The notes beneath the pieces were generated by a model that saw only the letters and a list, made by a program, of their open reading frames with translations, made no database searches and had not been told where the DNA came from. A DNA stretch of 64,000 nt, taken from Candidatus Gastranaerophilales bacterium (GTDB lineage Bacteria; Cyanobacteriota; Vampirovibrionia; Gastranaerophilales; Gastranaerophilaceae). Shown piece after piece: positions 59,143 to 64,000 of the stretch (position 1 is the stretch's first letter; each line of letters begins with the position of its first letter). Position numbers and translations under genes: made by a program. The DNA is taken from assembly GCA_944325145.1 (NCBI GenBank), contig CALYDL010000003.1:30559-94558 (forward strand), written 5' to 3'.

Positions 59143-60302
59143 TGTTTATAAAAATAGGAAAATCTTCTCTTAAAAAAGATAATCAAAACGCTTGCGGCGA
59201 TTGTATTTTAACTAAAAGATACAAAGATTCCGACAAAATTACGGCAGTTTTATCAGACGGGCTTGGAAGCGGGATTAAAGCGAACATTTTATCTACAATG
59301 ACATCTGTTATGCTTTCTGGGTTTGCAGAAAACAATGCAGATTTGGTTAAATCCGCAGAAATTGTTATGAATTCACTTCCCGTTTGCAAGGTTAGAAACA
59401 TAAGCTATTCAACATTTTCTGTTGTTGTAGCCGATAATGAAGGCAATGTTAATATAATTGAAGAAGGTAACCCCGATTTTATCTACTATACAAAAGGCAA
59501 CATCGTTGAACAAACTCCTGAAATTATTGATTCAAAAAACCATAAAGACAGGCACTTAAAAATTTATAATTTAACTTTAGAAGAAAATGATGTTCTTGTT
59601 TTTGTATCAGATGGCGTAACGCAAGCGGGGCTTGCATCCGAACAATTAAGGGATGGTATTACAAGAGATGGTTTAAAAAGAATTGTGAAAGAATATATTG
59701 AAAAAACGCCCGATTTCAACCCCGATGATTTAGCCCGCCATATTACAAACATTGCAAAATACGTTTCAGGCGACCACAAGCCGCAAGATGACATTTCTGC
59801 ACTTATATTAAAGGCGGCAACGCCAAAAAAAGCCTTAATTTATACAGGCCCCCCATATAACAGCGACAAAGATTTTGAATGGGCAAGAATTTTTGATGAA
59901 TTTGAAGGCAAAAAAGGCGTTGCAGGCGGCACAACGGCAGGAATTTTGGCAAGAGAATTAAACAGAGAAATATATATAAACCAAAATTCAGGGGGTTCTT
60001 TGCCTGCGGTTTCTTTTATGGAAGGCGCAGACATTGTGACAGAAGGCATTTTAACCTTAACAAGAGTTTCTGAATATTTATCTGACGGCGATTTTGAAGA
60101 TAAAAAAGATGCAGCCAAAGATTTAATTGATTTTCTTTTGGATGCAGATTGTATTGATTTTGTTGTTGGTGCAAAGGTTAATTCAGCCCACTATGACCCG
60201 AATTTGCCAATTGAAATTGAACTAAGGCGAGATGTTGTGAAAAAAATATCAAAAACCCTGAAAGACAAGTATTTAAAAAAGGTTGCCATTCAATATATGT
60301 AA
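59142..60302 (+). CDS. PP2C/SpoIIE-family Ser/Thr phosphatase (HfsC-like)
   Basis: 386 aa. GDCIL..VLSDGLGSGIKA, VFVSDGV, QDDIS. TAATG overlap with hydS. Confidence 0.75.
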   Translation: MFIKIGKSSLKKDNQNACGDCILTKRYKDSDKITAVLSDGLGSGIKANILSTMTSVMLSGFAENNADLVKSAEIVMNSLPVCKVRNISYSTFSVVVADNEGNVNIIEEGNPDFIYYTKGNIVEQTPEIIDSKNHKDRHLKIYNLTLEENDVLVFVSDGVTQAGLASEQLRDGITRDGLKRIVKEYIEKTPDFNPDDLARHITNIAKYVSGDHKPQDDISALILKAATPKKALIYTGPPYNSDKDFEWARIFDEFEGKKGVAGGTTAGILARELNREIYINQNSGGSLPAVSFMEGADIVTEGILTLTRVSEYLSDGDFEDKKDAAKDLIDFLLDADCIDFVVGAKVNSAHYDPNLPIEIELRRDVVKKISKTLKDKYLKKVAIQYM

Positions 60303-60350
60303 ATTATTTGATTATGGCTTAAAAATATATTATTATAATTAAGTTAGTTT

Positions 60351-60863
60351 GTGGGGATTAGAAAGAAAATGACGGAGTTAAAAGGCTCTATTGATTTTAG
60401 TAAAATCGATAAAATTTTAAATGATTGCGGTTATGAAAAAACAAATCTTATAACCATTTTGCAAAAAGTTCAGGAAATATATAAGTTCTTGCCCGAAGAT
60501 GCCATAATCTACATTGGCGATAAAATTGAAGGGCTTTCTCCTGCAACTGTTTTGGGTGTTGCAACTTTTTATGCACAATTTAGCCTTGAGCCTAAAGGCA
60601 AATATGAAATAAAGGTTTGCGACGGAACAGCATGCCATGTTAGGGGGTCACTCCCTGTGTTAGAAGCAATAAAGGCAAAATTACCTATGGAAAACGGCAA
60701 AATGACAACAAAAGACGGGCTTTTTTCCGTTGAAACGGTTAGCTGCCTTGGCGCATGCGGTTTGGCTCCGGTTGTTGTCATAAATGAAAAGGTTTATCCT
60801 CAAATGACGCCTGAAGCAATCGAAGTCATTATAGACACCTTAATTAGAGAGGAAGCCAACTAA
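60351..60863 (+). CDS. hydC: NuoE-like [2Fe-2S] subunit of NAD(P)-dependent [FeFe] hydrogenase
   Basis: 170 aa. CDGTACHV..VSCLGACGLAP. Start GTG 60351 or ATG 60369. Confidence 0.85.
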   Translation: MGIRKKMTELKGSIDFSKIDKILNDCGYEKTNLITILQKVQEIYKFLPEDAIIYIGDKIEGLSPATVLGVATFYAQFSLEPKGKYEIKVCDGTACHVRGSLPVLEAIKAKLPMENGKMTTKDGLFSVETVSCLGACGLAPVVVINEKVYPQMTPEAIEVIIDTLIREEAN

Positions 60864-62725
60864 TGGAAAAATTAGCATTAAACGTAAATATAAAAGATGA
60901 GCAAAAGAAAGCTCAGGAATTAATTCAAAATCAAGGCTTAAGGGTTTTAGTTTGCGCAGGAACAGGTTGTGTTGCAAACGGTTCAATGCAAGTTATTGAA
61001 AAATTCAAAGAACTTGGCGCAGATGTTGCAATATTAAACGAAAAAGACAAAATGACAACAGTTCCAACGGGCTGCCACGGCTTTTGCGAACAGGGCGTTT
61101 TGGTTACAATTCCAAAATTAAAAGTAACTTATGTAAAAGTTAAAGTTTCTGATGTTGAAGAAATTTTTGAAAGCCATATTAAAGGCGGAAAACCTGTTGA
61201 AAGGCTTTTATATGTTGACCCTATGACTCATAACCACGTTATGGATGATGAACACATTAATTTTTACGCTAAACAAACAAGAACAGCTCTTAAAAATTGC
61301 GGAAACATTGATGCTGAATCAATTGATGAAGCAATTGCAGTTAGAGGGTATGAAGCACTTTATAATGTTTTGGAAGAAAATGACCCTGATAAAGTTATTG
61401 AAACAATTGAAAAATCAGGCTTAAGAGGCCGTGGCGGCGGCGGGTTCCCAACCGGCAGAAAATGGCGCTTTACTGCAGCAAATAAAGGCGGAAAATCTTA
61501 TGTTATTTGTAACGGCGACGAAGGCGACCCCGGCGCTTTTATGGATAGATCCGTTATGGAAGGCGACCCCCATAAATTATTGGAAGGCATTGCAATTGCA
61601 GCATTTGCCGTTGGCGCAGATGAAGCCTACATTTATGTAAGGGCAGAATATCCGCTTGCAATTAAACGTTTAAGAAAAGCCATTAAAGATGCCGAAGAAA
61701 GAAATTTCTTAGGCAATAACATAATGGGCACAAACTTTAATTTAACCATTCATATAAGAGAAGGCGCAGGCGCTTTTGTTTGCGGTGAAGAAACAGCTTT
61801 AATAGCATCAATTGAAGGCGAACGCGGCATGCCAAGGCCAAAACCGCCGTTCCCTGCAAACAAAGGTTTGTTTGGAAGGCCCACACTTATAAATAACGTT
61901 GAAACTTTGGCAAATGTTCCCGTTATTATTTTAAACGGTGCCGAATGGTTCAATAAAATGGGAACAGAAACCTCTAAAGGTACAAAAACATTTGCTCTAA
62001 CAGGCGAAGTTAATAATACAGGTTTAATTGAAGTTCCAATGGGAACCACCTTAAGGCAAATTATTTTTGATATAGGCGGCGGCATGAGAGAAGGCAAAAA
62101 ATTTAAAGCCGTTCAAATCGGCGGGCCTTCAGGCGGCTGTTTAACAGAAGAACACCTTGATATTCCAATGGATTATGACAACTTAATTAAAGCAGGAGCA
62201 ATGGTTGGTTCAGGCGGTTTGGTTGTTATGTCCGATAAAACTTGTATTGTTGAAGTTGCAAGGTTCTTTATGAACTTTACAACCAATGAATCTTGCGGCA
62301 AATGTGTTCCTTGCCGTGAAGGAACCAAAAATATGCTTGCAATTTTGCAAAAAATTGTTAAAGGCAATGGCACTATGGAGGATTTGGATAAACTGGAAGA
62401 ACTTGCAGAAGTTGTAAAAGCAGGGTCACTTTGCGGCCTTGGAAAAACTGCACCAAACCCCGTTTTATCCACTCTTAAATATTTTAGAGATGAATATATA
62501 GCGCACATTCAAGATAAAAAATGCCCTGCCGGCGTTTGCAAAGCCTTAAAGAGAATTGTAATCAAAGAAGAACTCTGCAAAGGCTGCACAAAATGTGCAA
62601 GAAATTGCCCTGTGGGTGCAATTGACGGAACGGTTAAAAACCCTCACAAAATTAACCAATCTAAATGTATTAAGTGCGGTGCTTGCTTGAATGCTTGCCC
62701 GTTTAAGGCCATTGTTAGCGAATAA
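60863..62725 (+). CDS. hydB: NuoF-like FMN/NAD-binding Fe-S subunit of [FeFe] hydrogenase
   Basis: 620 aa. GRGGGGFPTG, CNGDEGDPGAF, ESCGKCVPCREG, C-terminal 2x[4Fe-4S]. Confidence 0.9.
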   Translation: MEKLALNVNIKDEQKKAQELIQNQGLRVLVCAGTGCVANGSMQVIEKFKELGADVAILNEKDKMTTVPTGCHGFCEQGVLVTIPKLKVTYVKVKVSDVEEIFESHIKGGKPVERLLYVDPMTHNHVMDDEHINFYAKQTRTALKNCGNIDAESIDEAIAVRGYEALYNVLEENDPDKVIETIEKSGLRGRGGGGFPTGRKWRFTAANKGGKSYVICNGDEGDPGAFMDRSVMEGDPHKLLEGIAIAAFAVGADEAYIYVRAEYPLAIKRLRKAIKDAEERNFLGNNIMGTNFNLTIHIREGAGAFVCGEETALIASIEGERGMPRPKPPFPANKGLFGRPTLINNVETLANVPVIILNGAEWFNKMGTETSKGTKTFALTGEVNNTGLIEVPMGTTLRQIIFDIGGGMREGKKFKAVQIGGPSGGCLTEEHLDIPMDYDNLIKAGAMVGSGGLVVMSDKTCIVEVARFFMNFTTNESCGKCVPCREGTKNMLAILQKIVKGNGTMEDLDKLEELAEVVKAGSLCGLGKTAPNPVLSTLKYFRDEYIAHIQDKKCPAGVCKALKRIVIKEELCKGCTKCARNCPVGAIDGTVKNPHKINQSKCIKCGACLNACPFKAIVSE

Positions 62726-62736
62726 GGATTTAAAAA

Positions 62737-64000
62737 ATGACTGATAACGATAAAAAAACACTTTTTATAAATGATATTGAAGTTGAATTTGATAATGAAA
62801 AATCAATTTTAGAGGTTGCAAAAAAAGCGGGAATTGAAATTCCAACTTTTTGCTACCGCCCCGATTTAACCCAATTCGGCGCTTGCAGAATGTGTGTTGT
62901 TGAAATCGAAAAAAGGGGAATTCAAGCCTCTTGCACAATGCCGCCGGAAGCAGGTTTAAGGGTTTATACCAATACTAAAAAGGTTAGAAAAATAAGAAAA
63001 ACCATTTTAGAATTATTGCTTGCTCACCATAACAGAGAATGCACAATGTGCAATAAATCAGGTTCTTGCGAACTTCAAAAATATGCTTTTGAATACGGCA
63101 TAACAAATATTACATTTGAAAAACTTAAAGAAGAAGACCTTCTTCCAATAGATTCATCAAGCTATTCAATTCAAAGAGATATGAACAAATGCATTTTGTG
63201 CGGTGCTTGCGTTAGAGCTTGCCATGAATTTCAAGGCTTAGGCGTTCTTGATTTTTATAATAGAGGCTACAAGGCTAAAGTTCAAACAATGTCAAACAAA
63301 AATATGCTTGATGTAGATTGTGTAAATTGCGGCCAATGCGCTGCTAATTGCCCAACAGGCGCTTTAACAATTAAATCAAATATAGATTGCGTTTATGACC
63401 TTTTAGGCGATAGAGAAGTTAAAACTGCAATTCAATTTGCACCATCTGTTAGGGTTGCTTTGGGTGAAATGTTTGGCTTAAAGCCAGGTGAAAATTCCAT
63501 CAAAAAAATGTATGCTGCTGCAAGAAAATTGGGCTTTGACCTTGTTTTTGACACCAATTTTTCAGCAGACCTTACAATTATGGAAGAAGCAAACGAATTT
63601 GTTCAAAGAGTGGTTAAAAACGAAAACCTTCCTATTTTTACCTCTTGCTGCCCTGCTTGGGTAAGGTATATGGAATTAAAACACCCGGATATGCTAAACC
63701 ACTTATCAACTGCAAAATCGCCGCAAGAAATGTTATCTTCCACAATAAAAGAATTTGTTCCAAAATTTTATGAAGGCTTTACAAAAGAAAACTTAAAAGT
63801 GGTTTCTGTTATGCCTTGCAGTGCTAAAAAATATGAAGCAAAAAGAGAAGAATTGCAAGGTCAAACAGACGTTGTTTTAACAACGGTTGAATTTGCAAAA
63901 ATGATTCAAGCGGAAGGCATTGATTTTAAAAACTTAAAAGAAGAAGAAGCAAATTCACCCTTTGGCGGTTATTCAGGCGGCGCTACAATATTTGGAGCTT
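62737..64000 (+). CDS. hydA: [FeFe] hydrogenase catalytic subunit, 3'-partial at the window edge
   Basis: Read by hand; open to the window end and absent from the ORF track. MTDNDKKTLFINDIEVEF.., NuoG-like 2Fe-2S (CYRPDLTQFGACRMC), FTSCCPAW, MPCSAKKYE. Confidence 0.85.
   Translation, partial: MTDNDKKTLFINDIEVEFDNEKSILEVAKKAGIEIPTFCYRPDLTQFGACRMCVVEIEKRGIQASCTMPPEAGLRVYTNTKKVRKIRKTILELLLAHHNRECTMCNKSGSCELQKYAFEYGITNITFEKLKEEDLLPIDSSSYSIQRDMNKCILCGACVRACHEFQGLGVLDFYNRGYKAKVQTMSNKNMLDVDCVNCGQCAANCPTGALTIKSNIDCVYDLLGDREVKTAIQFAPSVRVALGEMFGLKPGENSIKKMYAAARKLGFDLVFDTNFSADLTIMEEANEFVQRVVKNENLPIFTSCCPAWVRYMELKHPDMLNHLSTAKSPQEMLSSTIKEFVPKFYEGFTKENLKVVSVMPCSAKKYEAKREELQGQTDVVLTTVEFAKMIQAEGIDFKNLKEEEANSPFGGYSGGATIFGA

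Overview
AT-rich bacterial chromosomal segment with about 55 protein genes and one complete 16S-23S-5S rRNA operon (40236-45427). Most of it is ordinary housekeeping: pgi, miaB, leuS, pyrG, gatC, ilvD, deoC, recA, kdsA, rsmA, ispE, rfbCD and fabI. A Ycf45-like R3H ATPase, cyanobacterial-type BoxA motifs, a fermentative [FeFe] hydrogenase cluster and many type IV pilin-like genes suggest a non-photosynthetic cyanobacterial sister lineage (Melainabacteria/Vampirovibrionia). That placement is inference only; no search was run.

Five things stand out:
1. A family of modular hairpin repeats sits directly after stop codons, always sense to the upstream gene. Stem sequences are fully replaced between copies while flanks and loops stay fixed. 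One copy lies inside the 23S leader, within the processing stem.
2. There are three full-length paralogous pilin-like genes plus one 5'-truncated, frameshifted copy. They have conserved ends and variable middles.
3. Two pilin loci share a roughly 500 bp upstream region in which a roughly 255-270 bp segment is inverted in one locus relative to the other. This is a candidate invertible switch.
4. A 3.6 kb cassette next to a small tyrosine recombinase is bounded by direct repeats built from palindromic boxes. It carries a SAMHD1-like HD phosphohydrolase, an unknown small ORF, hipB and a truncated hipA.
5. A sensory-hydrogenase/PP2C/HydCBA cluster occupies the right end.

All coordinates, alignments and pairings were worked out by eye, and no database search was possible.
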